Positions 1-11,578 of a stretch of 64,000 bases of DNA are shown here, one piece after another. Location: the NCBI GenBank assembly GCA_963767925.1, contig CAVYGB010000002.1:1440001-1504000 (forward strand), read 5' to 3'. The DNA is from an uncultured delta proteobacterium. GTDB taxonomy: Bacteria; Myxococcota_A; Polyangia; Fen-1088. The notes under the pieces are model-generated. The model ran no database searches. It was not told the origin of the DNA and saw nothing but the letters and a program-made list of their open reading frames with translations. The position numbers and the translations under genes were made by a program. The stretch's first letter is position 1, and every line of letters starts with the position of its first letter.

Positions 1-2
1 AC

Positions 3-398
3 TGGTCGGGCCTGGTGACCGCCCGGGCGGTGTTGCTGCGCATGCGCAGCGCCATCGTGTTCGGCTACCACCTGGGCCCGCGCATCGTCGCCACCTTGAG
101 CCTCGGCATCGGCAAGCCGTGGGCGATCGACGTCGCCCGCTTCACCCTGGTCCGCTCGGCGCTGTATCTCACCGACATGGCGGTGGCCCCCGATCTCCAG
201 CGCCGGGGCGTGGGCCGGGGCTGCCTGCTCGACGTGCGCCGGCTCGCCCGCGCCTGGCCGGCGGAGGCCGTCCGCCTCGACGCCTACGACGCCGAGGCGG
301 GGGCGGGACCCTTTTACGCCAAGTGCGGCTACCGCGAGGTGGGGCGCGTCGTCTACCGCAAGGTGCCGCTCATCTACTACGAGTCGCTCATCGGGTGA
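3..398 (+). CDS. GNAT family N-acetyltransferase (5' end cut off by window edge)
   Basis: Motif A 'MAVAPDLQRRGVGRG' and 'AGPFYAKCGY'; the frame stays open to the window start (WSGLVTAR...). Confidence 0.85.
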   Translation, partial: WSGLVTARAVLLRMRSAIVFGYHLGPRIVATLSLGIGKPWAIDVARFTLVRSALYLTDMAVAPDLQRRGVGRGCLLDVRRLARAWPAEAVRLDAYDAEAGAGPFYAKCGYREVGRVVYRKVPLIYYESLIG

Positions 399-484
399 CG
401 ACCGGTTGGCGCCGCGCTCCGCGCGCGCCGGCGGGCGGGCGTTTCCCCTCTCACGCAAAATTCGCCGCAAGTATAGTGCCGCGC

Positions 485-1300
485 ATGGCGCAGCTCGCGA
501 CCCGGAACAGACGTCTCTCGGTTGCTTTCGCCCTCGCGGTGGCCCTGCCGGCGGTGGCCCTGCCGGCCCGGGGGCAGAGCGACCCGGCCCCCACCGCCAG
601 CCGCGCGGCGCAGGAGCCCCCGGCCGCCGAGGCGGCCCGCTACGGCATCGGCATCCGCATGCCCCGCTGGGTGACCGTGCCCGACTGGTTCCTCGGGGCC
701 TTCTTCGCCGAGAGCGTGCCGCTGTCGACCTTCGGATCGTTCGGGTTCGAGCTGATCCGCCGCAAGGCCAACTTCGACATCGTGCTCGGCCTGTCGTACC
801 AGAACATGTCCCCCGGCGACGGCAACTGGCTGGGGCGAGGCAAAGACGCCGGCATCGACACCGACTACGTGCAGTTCCGGGGGCTGAGCCTGCTGGGGGT
901 CGACGCCTCCTTCGTCGGTCGCCGCCGCTTCGGCCAGTACCTCGGCCTGCGCTACGGCGCCGGGGTGGGCCTGGCGGTGGTGCGGGGCAAGATGCTGCGC
1001 ACCTCGAGCGCGATGTGCACGCCCGGCAACGTCGGCGACCCGCGCGCCTGCCGCCCGCGCGTGTGCGCCGCCGCGGTCTGCAGCGAGGCGGAGCTGGCCG
1101 CCAGCGAGGGGAACGTCGACGGCGGCCCCGGTTACCCCAGCCGCTATCCCGAGCCCAGCGTCCCGGGGGCGGTGCCCATCCTCAACCTGTCGCTGGGCCT
1201 CGACTTTCGCCTCCCCGAGCTGCCCGGCCTCGAGGCCCGCCTCGAAGGCGGCTTTTACAACGCCCTCTTCCTCGGCCTGGCCTTCAACTACATCTTCTGA
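485..1300 (+). CDS. Secreted hypothetical protein, probably an outer-membrane beta-barrel with a Cys-rich loop
   Basis: ATG 485; signal peptide ...LPARG|Q; amphipathic beta strands; C-terminal 'LAFNYIF'; 4-Cys loop. Confidence 0.7.
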   Translation: MAQLATRNRRLSVAFALAVALPAVALPARGQSDPAPTASRAAQEPPAAEAARYGIGIRMPRWVTVPDWFLGAFFAESVPLSTFGSFGFELIRRKANFDIVLGLSYQNMSPGDGNWLGRGKDAGIDTDYVQFRGLSLLGVDASFVGRRRFGQYLGLRYGAGVGLAVVRGKMLRTSSAMCTPGNVGDPRACRPRVCAAAVCSEAELAASEGNVDGGPGYPSRYPEPSVPGAVPILNLSLGLDFRLPELPGLEARLEGGFYNALFLGLAFNYIF

Positions 1301-1332
1301 GTAACCGCTTCGCCACCGGGCGACGCGGGCGG

Positions 1333-1635
1333 TCAGGGGCGCTGGGGGCGGCGGCGGCCCGGGGTGGGCTCGTCGGCGGGGGCGGGGTGGGCGGCGGCCT
1401 GGGCGTCCACCTCCTCGGCCAGCTCGTGGGCCAGGCGGTCGAGCACGGCGCGGGCGGCGGTGAGCTGGTCGGCCGGGACGAAGATGCGCCAGGGCTCGGC
1501 CAGCACCTGCGGGCGGAATGGGTGGTCGGGCCGGGCGCGCTCGACCTCGACCGGGATGCCAGCCTCGGTCAGGGCGCCGCGGATCATCTCGCCGGCGCCC
1601 TCGTCGGGAACGGTCAGCAACTCGGCGCGGGGCAT
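1333..1635 (-). CDS. DUF2007-like putative signal-transducing protein
   Basis: 'GEMIRGALTEAGIPV ... RIFVPADQLTAARAVL' pattern. Confidence 0.7.
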   Translation of the reverse strand: MPRAELLTVPDEGAGEMIRGALTEAGIPVEVERARPDHPFRPQVLAEPWRIFVPADQLTAARAVLDRLAHELAEEVDAQAAAHPAPADEPTPGRRRPQRP

Positions 1636-1768
1636 ACCCGAGGCTAACACGCGCCACCGCCATGCGCGAAGGTGGGTGCGCGTCGTTGTTGACTCGGGCG
1701 CGCCGGTGGATCGAACGTTGCTTCACGTTCATGCAGGCGACCCGTCGGCCGAGGGAGGTGCGAGCGCG

Positions 1769-2275
1769 ATGACTGGCAGCGAGATCCTGGATCCCGGCGG
1801 GGGGGAGACCACGTTGTGGACGGGGCGGCCCTCGCAGTGGCTCAACTTCAAGTTCTTCTTCCCCGGGTTTCTGCTGCTGGCGGGTGGGGCCGTCACCACG
1901 GTGGTCCGGCCCGAGGCGCGCCTGATCGCCTACGGCACCATGGCGGTGGTCGGGCTGCTCCTGCTGTGGAAGTGGCTGGTGGTCCGCTGCACCGAGCTGG
2001 TGCTGACCAACCAGCGGCTCAGCGTGCGGCAGGGCGTGCTGTCGCGCCGCCGCCACGACCTCGAGCTGTACCGGGTCAAGGACACGGCGCTCGAGGAGCC
2101 GCTGCTGCTGCGGCTCGTGTCGCTGGGCAACATCGAGATCCTCTCCTCGGACCGGAGCACGCCGAGCTTCGTGATGCGGGCGGTGCGCGACGCCGAGCCG
2201 CTGCGGCAGCTGCTCCGCTCGACGGTGGAGAAGCTGCGGGCGACGAAAAACGTCCGCGAGCTCGACATGGAGTGA
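1769..2275 (+). CDS. Bacterial PH-domain (bPH_2) membrane protein
   Basis: GGGAGG RBS; two TM helices; 'LVLTNQRLSVRQGVLSRRRHDLELYRVKD ... GNIEILSSDRSTP'. Confidence 0.85.
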   Translation: MTGSEILDPGGGETTLWTGRPSQWLNFKFFFPGFLLLAGGAVTTVVRPEARLIAYGTMAVVGLLLLWKWLVVRCTELVLTNQRLSVRQGVLSRRRHDLELYRVKDTALEEPLLLRLVSLGNIEILSSDRSTPSFVMRAVRDAEPLRQLLRSTVEKLRATKNVRELDME

Positions 2276-2302
2276 GGCGCGAACCGGCCCGCGCCGGCGC
2301 GC

Positions 2303-3069
2303 TCAGCGGGCGGGGCGGAGCTGGTTGGAGGCGGTCGAGGGGTCGCCGCTCAGCAGGACGGCGGCGGTGACCCCCCCGCCCACCACGACGACGGCCACCC
2401 CCGCCCAGAACCACCAGCGGCCGCTCAGGCGCGACCAGGTGCTGGGCGTCGGATCGGCCGGCGGGCGCGGGCTGGCCGCGCCGGCCCGGCCGAGCACCGG
2501 TGGGGTCAGATCGAGCGCCCGCAGCACCGGGGTCACGGTGCGGGTGACGCCGGCCTGGACGTCGACCGGCTCCGCCGCGCGCGGCACCCCCGTCCGGGTC
2601 CGCAGCGCCAGCAGGCGCTGGCCCGGTCGGGACCAGAGCGGGCCGGGCAAGGGCGTGCGCCCGACCAGGGTCCCGTCGAGCAGCACCTCCAGCCCGAAGG
2701 CCGGGCACTCGACCTGGATCTGACCGAGCTGGTTGCGTAGCTGGGCCGCCGACCGGCGCGCCTCCTCGACGGTGGGGCGGGGGGCGTTGCCCGGCTCGGC
2801 CAGGAAGAGATTGAAGGCGGTCAGCGCCTCGACCGGCCGGTCCAGCTCGCGCTGGGCCTGGCCGATGTTGAAGTGCAGCTTGGGGCTCGGATAAAGGACG
2901 TAGGCGGCGGTGAAGCGCGCGAGGGCCCGGTCGTACTGGCCCAGCCGGTAGAGGCGCGCGCCCTCTCGCAGGAGCTGCAGCGCCTTCGCCTTGGCCGGCG
3001 ACACGTCCGCGGCGGAAGCGGGCGGTTGCGCGCACAGGAGGAGGGCTGCCAGCAACGCCGCGGGGCCGG

Positions 3070-3073
<4 letters not shown>
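2303..3073 (-). CDS. TPR + PEGA-like domain protein
   Basis: GTG start overlaps the kinase stop (GTGA); signal peptide; TPR 'FTAAYVLYPSPKLHFNIGQA'; PEGA 'EVLLDGTLVGRTPL'; C-terminal 'RWWFWAGVAVVVVGGG'. Confidence 0.85.
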
Positions 3074-4443
<1,370 letters not shown>

Positions 4444-4521
4444 GGCGCGCCTGGCAATACGGCCCCTCGCGGACAGATCTCCGCGATCACCACGGTCATG
4501 TGCCGGGCCGTCACGTCTCAC

Positions 4522-4549
4522 ACATCGGCCGAAACCCCGTGTCGCTTTC
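4522..4549 (-). promoter_or_regulatory. Putative sigma28-type promoter for the kinase gene
   Basis: Minus strand GAAAG-N15-GCCGATGT; shares 16 identical nt (4514-4529) with 8211-8226. Confidence 0.5.
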
Positions 4550-4636
4550 GCCCCCATCGCGCGGGCGGGCGCCGGGCCCCGGGTGGGCAGTTGTGGTCGG
4601 TCCAGCCACCCCCACGCGGCATGTCCCCGGCGGCGG

Positions 4637-7600
4637 TCAACGACGCGGCAACTTGCCCAGCATGCGCTCGGCTTCGGGGCGGGCCGGCGCCTCGGCCGGG
4701 GCCACCTCGAGGTAACGCCGCAGGGCGGTCGCGGCAGCCGGCTTCGAGCCGCCGTTCAGCTCGGCCAGGGCGAGCTGGAAGTAGAGGTCCGCCTCCCAGG
4801 TCGCGGCGCTGGGACGGCGGTTGGCCGCCTGGCGCAGCGGCTCGAGGGCGGCGCCGGGGCGGCCCTTGTCCATCTCGTAGCGTCCCAGGCGGTAATAGGC
4901 CTCGGCCAGGTCGGGCGCGACCTTGATGGCGGTGCGCCAGGCGGCGGCCGCGTCGTCCGCGCGCCCCAGCAGGTCCAGGCACAGGCCGTGGACGAAGCGG
5001 GCCTGGCCGTTGCCCGGCTCGAGGCGGGCCGCGGCCTCGGCGTCGATCAGCGCCTCGTCGGTCCGCCCGCGCCGCAGGCGGATGCGGGCCCGCTCGAGGC
5101 GGGCGGCGGCCAGGTCGCCCGCCGAGCCGAGGTGGGCCAGGGCGTCGTCCTCCTTGCCGAGCGCGGCCAGGGTGCGGCCGAGGGCGAGGTGGAGCTGGGG
5201 GAAGCTCTCGTAGAGCAAGGCGGCCCGGTACTCCTTGAGGGCCCGGTGCAGATCGCCCCCCGCCTCGCGCACCCGCCCGAGAGTGAAGTAGGCCTCCGGC
5301 GTGCCGGGGCTCTCGTTCGTCACCAGCTCCAGCTCGTGGGCTGCCCGATCGATCTTGCCCATGTCGAGGGCCAGCTTGGCCAGGCGCACGCGCATCGTCG
5401 GGTCGGTGTTGCCCGAGGCCAGCTCGATCTCGAAGGCCGACAGGGCGGCCTGCTTCTTGCCCCGCTTGAGCAGCAGGTCGGCCAGCCGATCGCGCAGGCC
5501 GGGCATCTTGAGGGCGTTGGCCGCCTTCTCGAGCTCCGCCTCCGCCTCGTCGAGCTTGCCGCCCTCCTCGAGGGCGGAGGCCAGGCCGATGCGGGCGGCG
5601 GGCAGCTTGGGGGCGCGGGACACCGCCTTGCGGAACACCGCCTCGGCCTCCTGCGGGTTCCTGGCCGCGATGAGCGCCTGGCCCCAGGCCAGCTCGAGCG
5701 CCTCGGGCGCCACCCCCGCCTTCTCGGCGTCGCGGATGAGGGCCAGCGCCTTGTCCGCCTTGCCCTGCTTCTGCAGCAGCGCCGCCAGCCGCAGCGAGGC
5801 CGGAAGGTAGCGCGGGTCGAGGTCGACGGCGGTGCGGTAGCGGCGGGCGGCCGCCTCGATGTCGGGCGGCTTGCTGCTCTCGGAGGCCACCCCGAGCCAG
5901 TAGGGGACGCGCGGGTTGTCGCTGGCGGCGGGGCCCAGCGCCTCGATCTGGGAGGTCCCCTCGGCGATCTGGCCGTTGGCGATCAGCGCGGCGGCCATGG
6001 CGATGCGGGCCGGGTAGGTGGTGAGGACGCCGTTCTCGGCTGCCCGCAGCCGGGTCAGGGCGTCGGCGGGGCGGCCGTCGGCGATCAGCGCCTCGGCCAG
6101 GAAGGCCTGCCCGGAGGCGTTGCCCGGGCTGGCGGCGACGGCCCGGCTCAGCACCTCGACGGCCTCGGCGGCGCGACCGAGGGCCAGCGTCGTCTCGCCC
6201 TGCAGGGTCTGCACCTCGGCCAGCTCGCCCGGGGAGGCCTTGTCGTTGATCCGCCTGGCCAGCTCCTCGGCCGCCGCCCGGCGCTCCTGGGGGGGGCCCT
6301 GCTGCAGGCGAGCCTTGCCCACCTGAGCTCCGGAGTGCTCGCGGTTGCCGGCCAGCACCCGTTCGTAGGCCTTCAGGGCGGCGGCGGTCTGGCGGCTCTC
6401 CTCGAGGGCCAGCCCCAGCAGGTAACGGGGCAGCAGGCGGGTGGCGGCCGAGTCGGCCAGGCCGCGCAGGGGGGCCACCGCCAGCTCCGGCTTGCGCTCG
6501 CGCAGGCGGCGCAGGCCCGCGATGAGCTGGGCCTCGGGCGAGCCGGCGGCGGCGGCCACCAGCTGCTCGGCGTCGCGCCCCTTGCCCTTGAAGATGGCGA
6601 GCAGCGCGTGGGCCCGGCGGGCCTCCGGCGAGACCTCCCCGGCGTTCGGCACGTTGGCCAGGAGCTGCTCGGCGCGGGTGACCTTGCCCCGTTCGCCGCC
6701 CCGGCCCAGGGCGGCCAGCAGCAGCAGCTCGGCGGCGGCCGCCCGCACGGCGGGGTCGGGCGTGTCGCCCGCGTCGGCCAGGATCGCCTCGGCGGCCTTC
6801 TGGTAGGTGGGGTAGTGGTCGCGGGCCAGGTCGCCCTCGAAGGGGGCCAGCGCCTCGGCGTAAGAGGGCCCGTTTCGCAGGCGGGGCAACACCAGCAGGA
6901 CCGCGGTCGCCAGCACCACCGCGGCGACCGCGCCGACGGCGATGTACAGGATCCGTCGCGACCTGGGCCGGGGGGAGTCCTCGACGAAGGCGGTGTTCTT
7001 GCGGCGGGGGGGCGCCAGCGCCGCCACCCCCTCGGGCAGGTCGTCCCGGCTGGTTGTCGCAGCGGGCGCGGCCTTCGGCAGGGGCGCCCGCGGGCGGGTC
7101 TCCTCCACCGGCTCCTCGACAGCCGAGGCGCTGCCGTCGTCGAGCTTGAGGCTGAACATGGCGTCGCCCGCGCCGGTCTTCGTGTCGGTCGGGATGGAAA
7201 ACGAGCCGGTGCCGGGCGAGGGCGCCATGGCGGGCTTGCGCCGGGGCGCCTCGGGGGCCGGCGCGGCCGACGACTTCAAGGAGGCCAGCGGCGGGTGGGC
7301 CGCCGGAGGGGCGAGCGAGGGCAGGGACGGGTGGCCCGCGGACGGAGGCGCCGCTCCCGGCGGCGGGGGCGCGTCGCCGATCAGGCTGCTCAGCATGGCG
7401 GCCATGTCGAGCGGGCCGCCGCTATCCGGGGCGCCGGCGCCCGACGGCGGGGGCGCCGATCCGATCGGCATTCCGCCCCCCAGGCGCAGCTTCAAGGGCC
7501 CCAGGCCCGGGGCTGGCGGGGTGGGATTGGCGGTGGCCTGGCCGGTGGGCGACAGCAGCCCCGGGTGGGGCCCGGCGGCCGAGGGGGCCTGCGGGAAGGG

Positions 7601-8203
7601 GGCGCTGGGCGGCGGCGGGCCGGGCGGTTCGGGTGTGCCGGGGATCAGGTCCAGCTCGAGCGGCTCGAGCGGCGAGGCGCTGGCCGCCGGCATGCTGCCG
7701 ATGAAGATGTCGATGCCGAGCGGGATCGAGGTCGTCGCGCGGGCGTCCGCCGCGGCGGCGGCGGCGCTCTGGCGCGGCGAGCCCCCGATGTTGATCTCCT
7801 GGGGGTCCATGAGATCGACCCCCGGTGACCCGCCGGGCTGGCGCGCGTGCGGGGTGGGCAGATCGATCGATAGATCGTCGCTGTCCCCGCGGGAGGCCAG
7901 CAGATCGTCGGGCAGATCGATGTCGGCCGGGAGGTTGGGATCGTCACCCGAGGTGGGCGGCCGCGGCACCGACTCGCGCGCGGCCGGCAGGTCGCCGCTG
8001 TTGCTGCTGCCCATGCGCAGCTCCGGGACGCCGCCGCTGTCCTTGAGCGGCCGCAACGCCCCGGGAGGCGCGGCCCCCCGCACGATGATGGTGGTTCCGC
8101 AGCCGGCGCACGAGGCGCGCATGCCGTCGGCCGGAACGCCGAGCCCGACATTCACTTCCTGGCGCCTGCTGCACCTTGGACAAACAACCGCGATGACGCT
8201 CAA
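4637..8203 (-). CDS. Large zinc-ribbon / low-complexity linker / TM / multi-TPR protein
   Basis: N-terminal CPRC...CAGC; Pro/acidic linker; TM 'ILYIAVGAVAAVVLATAVLLVLP'; many TPR units; probable TTG start at 8203. Confidence 0.85.
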   Translation of the reverse strand: MSVIAVVCPRCSRRQEVNVGLGVPADGMRASCAGCGTTIIVRGAAPPGALRPLKDSGGVPELRMGSSNSGDLPAARESVPRPPTSGDDPNLPADIDLPDDLLASRGDSDDLSIDLPTPHARQPGGSPGVDLMDPQEINIGGSPRQSAAAAAADARATTSIPLGIDIFIGSMPAASASPLEPLELDLIPGTPEPPGPPPPSAPFPQAPSAAGPHPGLLSPTGQATANPTPPAPGLGPLKLRLGGGMPIGSAPPPSGAGAPDSGGPLDMAAMLSSLIGDAPPPPGAAPPSAGHPSLPSLAPPAAHPPLASLKSSAAPAPEAPRRKPAMAPSPGTGSFSIPTDTKTGAGDAMFSLKLDDGSASAVEEPVEETRPRAPLPKAAPAATTSRDDLPEGVAALAPPRRKNTAFVEDSPRPRSRRILYIAVGAVAAVVLATAVLLVLPRLRNGPSYAEALAPFEGDLARDHYPTYQKAAEAILADAGDTPDPAVRAAAAELLLLAALGRGGERGKVTRAEQLLANVPNAGEVSPEARRAHALLAIFKGKGRDAEQLVAAAAGSPEAQLIAGLRRLRERKPELAVAPLRGLADSAATRLLPRYLLGLALEESRQTAAALKAYERVLAGNREHSGAQVGKARLQQGPPQERRAAAEELARRINDKASPGELAEVQTLQGETTLALGRAAEAVEVLSRAVAASPGNASGQAFLAEALIADGRPADALTRLRAAENGVLTTYPARIAMAAALIANGQIAEGTSQIEALGPAASDNPRVPYWLGVASESSKPPDIEAAARRYRTAVDLDPRYLPASLRLAALLQKQGKADKALALIRDAEKAGVAPEALELAWGQALIAARNPQEAEAVFRKAVSRAPKLPAARIGLASALEEGGKLDEAEAELEKAANALKMPGLRDRLADLLLKRGKKQAALSAFEIELASGNTDPTMRVRLAKLALDMGKIDRAAHELELVTNESPGTPEAYFTLGRVREAGGDLHRALKEYRAALLYESFPQLHLALGRTLAALGKEDDALAHLGSAGDLAAARLERARIRLRRGRTDEALIDAEAAARLEPGNGQARFVHGLCLDLLGRADDAAAAWRTAIKVAPDLAEAYYRLGRYEMDKGRPGAALEPLRQAANRRPSAATWEADLYFQLALAELNGGSKPAAATALRRYLEVAPAEAPARPEAERMLGKLPRR

Positions 8204-8218
8204 GCAACCCCGTCTCAC

Positions 8219-8245
8219 ACATCGGCGTCAGCCCCACAGACTAAA
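8219..8245 (-). promoter_or_regulatory. Putative sigma28-type promoter for the TPR gene
   Basis: Minus strand TTTAG-N14-GCCGATGT. Confidence 0.5.
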
Positions 8246-8391
8246 ACCCGAAACCCCTCGGGGACCCCTGAGTAGACCGAAACTGATTAGATATGCCTGA
8301 TGCGACGTTTCGGGCGCGTTGCGTCCGGGGTAGGTGATTAGGCGACGGCCGGGGCGCCGCCGGCGTCACTTCTGGCATCATGCGCGGAACC

Positions 8392-10560
8392 ATGCGACTC
8401 GCACCCTCGGTAGCCGGATGTTTGCTGGGCCTGGCCGTCGCCGCGATCGTCGCGCCCGCGCCTGTCCATGCCCAGAGCGAGCGGCTGGCCTCCTGCCGCC
8501 CGGTCGAGCTGTTCGCCGATGACTTCTCCCGCTTCCCGCCCGGCTGGCTGTCAAAGCCGGTGGGCACGCTCAACGGCGCGATCCAGGAGTACCACTACCT
8601 CCCGCACCGGGGCGTCCCGACAAAACCCTGGGCCAACGCCCTCTGCCACCTCGACGCCTGGGTGGTCGGCGACGAGGAGGGGGTGCCCTACCTCGAGCAG
8701 CACATGGTCTCGGACAACCCCGACTACATCGTGCCCCAGTTCGTGACCGGCGACCCCGCCTGGGTCGACACGGTCATCGAGGTGAAGATGAAGCCGCTGT
8801 CGGCCCAGCACTTTGCCGGCGTCGCCTTCCGCTACCAGACCAACAAGCACCACTACGTCTTTTCCCTCGCCGGCGGCAAGGAAGCGCGCCTGCTGTTGCG
8901 AGCCCCCATCGACACCGCCTACCGCACGGCGGTCTACCGCCCCATCGCCAGCAAGCCCTTCAGCTACGACTCGAAGAAGTACTACCAGATCCGGATCGAG
9001 AACGAGGGCCCCAGCATCCGGGTGCTGATCGACGGCAAGCCGGTGATCGAGGCCAGGGACGGCGAGCTCAAGGCGGGCAAGGTGGCCCTGCTCGGCAGCT
9101 CGCCCGCCCGCTTTGCCGCCTTCAAGGTCAGCGCCTGCCCGAAGACCAAGCAGGCCATCGCCGCCACCATCGCCAAGCGCGAGCAGGAGCTGACCCGCCT
9201 GCGCGCGGAGAACCCCCAGCCCAAGGTGTGGAAGAAGTTCTCCACCCCCAAGTTCGGGGCCGGCCGCAACGTCCGCTTCGGCGACCTCGACGGCGACGGC
9301 AAGACCGACATGTTGATCGCCCAGAACGTGCCCCGCGTGATGGGCGACGCCTTCGATCACATCAGCGCCTTGACCGCGGTGTCGCTCGACGGGCGGGTGC
9401 TGTGGCAGTCGGGGCGGCCCGACCCGCGCAACGGCCTGCTCACCAACGACACCCCCTTCCAGATCCACGACGTCGACGCCGACGGCAAGACCGACGTCCT
9501 GCTGATCCGGGACTTCAAGCTGCAGCTCCTCGACGGCAAGACCGGCAAGGTCAAGCGCTGGGTCTGGATGCCGGCCATCCCGGCCAACGCCACCCGCCGC
9601 CCCTACGAGCTTTACAGCGGCGACTCGATCGTCTTCGCCAACCTCACCGGCAAGCCGGGGCGGCGCGACTTCCTGCTCAAGGACCGCTACCGCCACTTCT
9701 GGGCCTTCAGCCGCGACCTCAAGCCGCTGTGGGAGGCCGACGACGACACCGGCCACTTCCCCTATCCCTTCGACGTGGACAACGACGGCCGCGACGAGGT
9801 GTTCGTGGGTCACGCCATGTACGATCACCAGGGCCGCAAGAAGTGGAGCCACGGCGGCAGCCTGAAGGACCACGTCGACGCGGTGGCGGTCGGCAACTTC
9901 ACCGGCGATCCCAAGGCCGAGCCCCGGGTCTACTGGAGCACCAGCGACGAGGGCTTCATCATGCTCGACCTGCGGGGCAACATCCTCAAGCACACCATCG
10001 TGGGCCACACCCAGACCGCGGCGGTGGGCAAGTTCCGCCCCGACCTGCCCGGGCTGCAATACGCCACCACCAACTTCTGGCGCAACCCCGGCATCGTCAG
10101 CGTGTTCGACGCCGACGGAAACCTCCTGACCCAGGGCGAGCCGATCCACACCGGCAGCGTCACCTTGCCGGTCAACTGGCGGGGCGACGGCCAGGAGTTC
10201 GTGCTCCTCTCGGGCAACGTCCACGAGGGCGGCATGATCGACGGGCACCTGCGCCGGGTGGTCATGTTCCCCGACGACGGCCACCCCGATCTGACCTCCC
10301 AGGTGCTCGACGTGACCGGCGACGCGCGCGACGAGGTCGTCCTGTGGGACGAATCGGCGGTGTGGGTCTACACCCAGGACGGCCCCAGCCCCAAGGGCAA
10401 GCTCTACGCCCCCCTGCGCAACCCGCGCTTCAACGACTCCAACTACCGGGCCAACGTCTCGCTCCCCGGCTGGCGCGACCCCACCGCCGCCACCCCCACC
10501 CCCCACCGCCCCACCGCCGCCACCCCCACCCCCCACCGCCCCACCGCCGCCACCCCCTGA
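8392..10560 (+). CDS. Secreted rhamnogalacturonan lyase-like (PL11/YesW-type) beta-propeller with an N-terminal DUF1080-like beta-sandwich
   Basis: Signal peptide ...PVHA|Q; Ca-binding repeats GDLDGDGKTD, DVDADGKTD, DVDNDGRDE, DVTGDARDE; 'DTPFQIHD', 'KDRY', 'TGHFP'. Confidence 0.75.
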   Translation: MRLAPSVAGCLLGLAVAAIVAPAPVHAQSERLASCRPVELFADDFSRFPPGWLSKPVGTLNGAIQEYHYLPHRGVPTKPWANALCHLDAWVVGDEEGVPYLEQHMVSDNPDYIVPQFVTGDPAWVDTVIEVKMKPLSAQHFAGVAFRYQTNKHHYVFSLAGGKEARLLLRAPIDTAYRTAVYRPIASKPFSYDSKKYYQIRIENEGPSIRVLIDGKPVIEARDGELKAGKVALLGSSPARFAAFKVSACPKTKQAIAATIAKREQELTRLRAENPQPKVWKKFSTPKFGAGRNVRFGDLDGDGKTDMLIAQNVPRVMGDAFDHISALTAVSLDGRVLWQSGRPDPRNGLLTNDTPFQIHDVDADGKTDVLLIRDFKLQLLDGKTGKVKRWVWMPAIPANATRRPYELYSGDSIVFANLTGKPGRRDFLLKDRYRHFWAFSRDLKPLWEADDDTGHFPYPFDVDNDGRDEVFVGHAMYDHQGRKKWSHGGSLKDHVDAVAVGNFTGDPKAEPRVYWSTSDEGFIMLDLRGNILKHTIVGHTQTAAVGKFRPDLPGLQYATTNFWRNPGIVSVFDADGNLLTQGEPIHTGSVTLPVNWRGDGQEFVLLSGNVHEGGMIDGHLRRVVMFPDDGHPDLTSQVLDVTGDARDEVVLWDESAVWVYTQDGPSPKGKLYAPLRNPRFNDSNYRANVSLPGWRDPTAATPTPHRPTAATPTPHRPTAATP
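10480..10557 (+). repeat. 30-bp tandem repeat (about 2.6 copies; PTAATPTPHR) at the 3' end of the lyase-like gene
   Basis: Unit CCCACCGCCGCCACCCCCACCCCCCACCGC starts at 10480, 10510 and 10540. Confidence 0.9.
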
Positions 10561-10612
10561 CCGCCCGGCGGTCTTCCGCGGAATCCCGCGGGAAGCTGAG
10601 GTCCGTCCCCCT

Positions 10613-10670
10613 CGCTGCCCGTTTGCCCTCGCCCCGCGGTCCTCCGCGGGGAGAGGGTAAGGGTGAGGGG
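10613..10670 (-). repeat. REP-like palindromic element (single copy)
   Basis: Reverse complement CCCCTCACCCTTACCCTCTCCCCGCGGAGGACCGCGGGGCGAGGGCAAACGGGCAGCG matches the element starting at 15713. Confidence 0.85.
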
Positions 10671-10732
10671 AGGTCGCCAGGCCCGCAGGCCAGCCCTCAA
10701 CCAGCTCCGGCGAACCGTCGATGATCCGGGGG

Positions 10733-11517
10733 TGATCCCGGCGCGCCCCCCGGTGGTCTGGCAGGACCCGACCAGCGATCCCGCGCTCGAGACGCGCTTC
10801 CGGCAGCTCGCCCTGCCGGTGGCGCTGCTGCTGGCCTGGCTGGTGACCTTCGCCGGGCCGCGCTTCGTCGGCCGCATCTTCCTGTCGATGTGGGTGCACG
10901 AGCTGGGGCACGCCGTCACCGCCTGGCTGTGTGGCTTCGGCGCCTTCCCCGGCCCCTGGCGCACCCCGGTCTCGGACGAGCGGATGCCGCTCCTGACCCT
11001 CGGGCTGCTGCTCGCCCTCGGCTACGCCGGGTTCCGCGCCTGGGCGGCCGAGGCGCGCTGGCTGTGCGCCGGGCTGGGGCTGCTGGCCGTGCTCGCGCTG
11101 GCGTTGACCCTGGGGATGGGCGTCCACCGCGCGCGGGCCCTCATCACCTTCGGGGGCGACGCCGGCTGCCTGGTGCTCGGCACCATCCTGATGGCCACGT
11201 TTTATGTCCCGCCGGGCAGCGCCCTTCACCGCGGCTGGCTGCGCTGGGGCTTCCTCGTGATCGGCGCCTTCGCCTTCATGGACGCCTTCAAGACCTGGTG
11301 GGACGCCGGGCACGGCCGCGACGGCGTGGAGTACGGTCACCTCGAGGGGGTAGGCGACAGCGACCCCACCCGCCTGGTGTTCGAATACGGCTGGGGCGAG
11401 GCCCGCCTCATCGCCCGCTACCTGCGGCTGGCCTGGATCTGCCTGACCGCGCTCGGCCTCCTCTACCTCTGGAACCTGCGCCCGCGCCCGGCCGCCCCGC
11501 CGCCCGCCAGCTTTTGA
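10733..11517 (+). CDS. M50/site-2-protease-like membrane metallopeptidase
   Basis: HELGH in a hydrophobic segment; multiple TMs; downstream 'SD' candidate third ligand; start uncertain. Confidence 0.7.
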
Positions 11518-11578
11518 GGGCCGGGTCGGCGCGGGAGCGGCGGATGCGCCGGCCGCGTCCCTGCGGCATGATGCGCGG

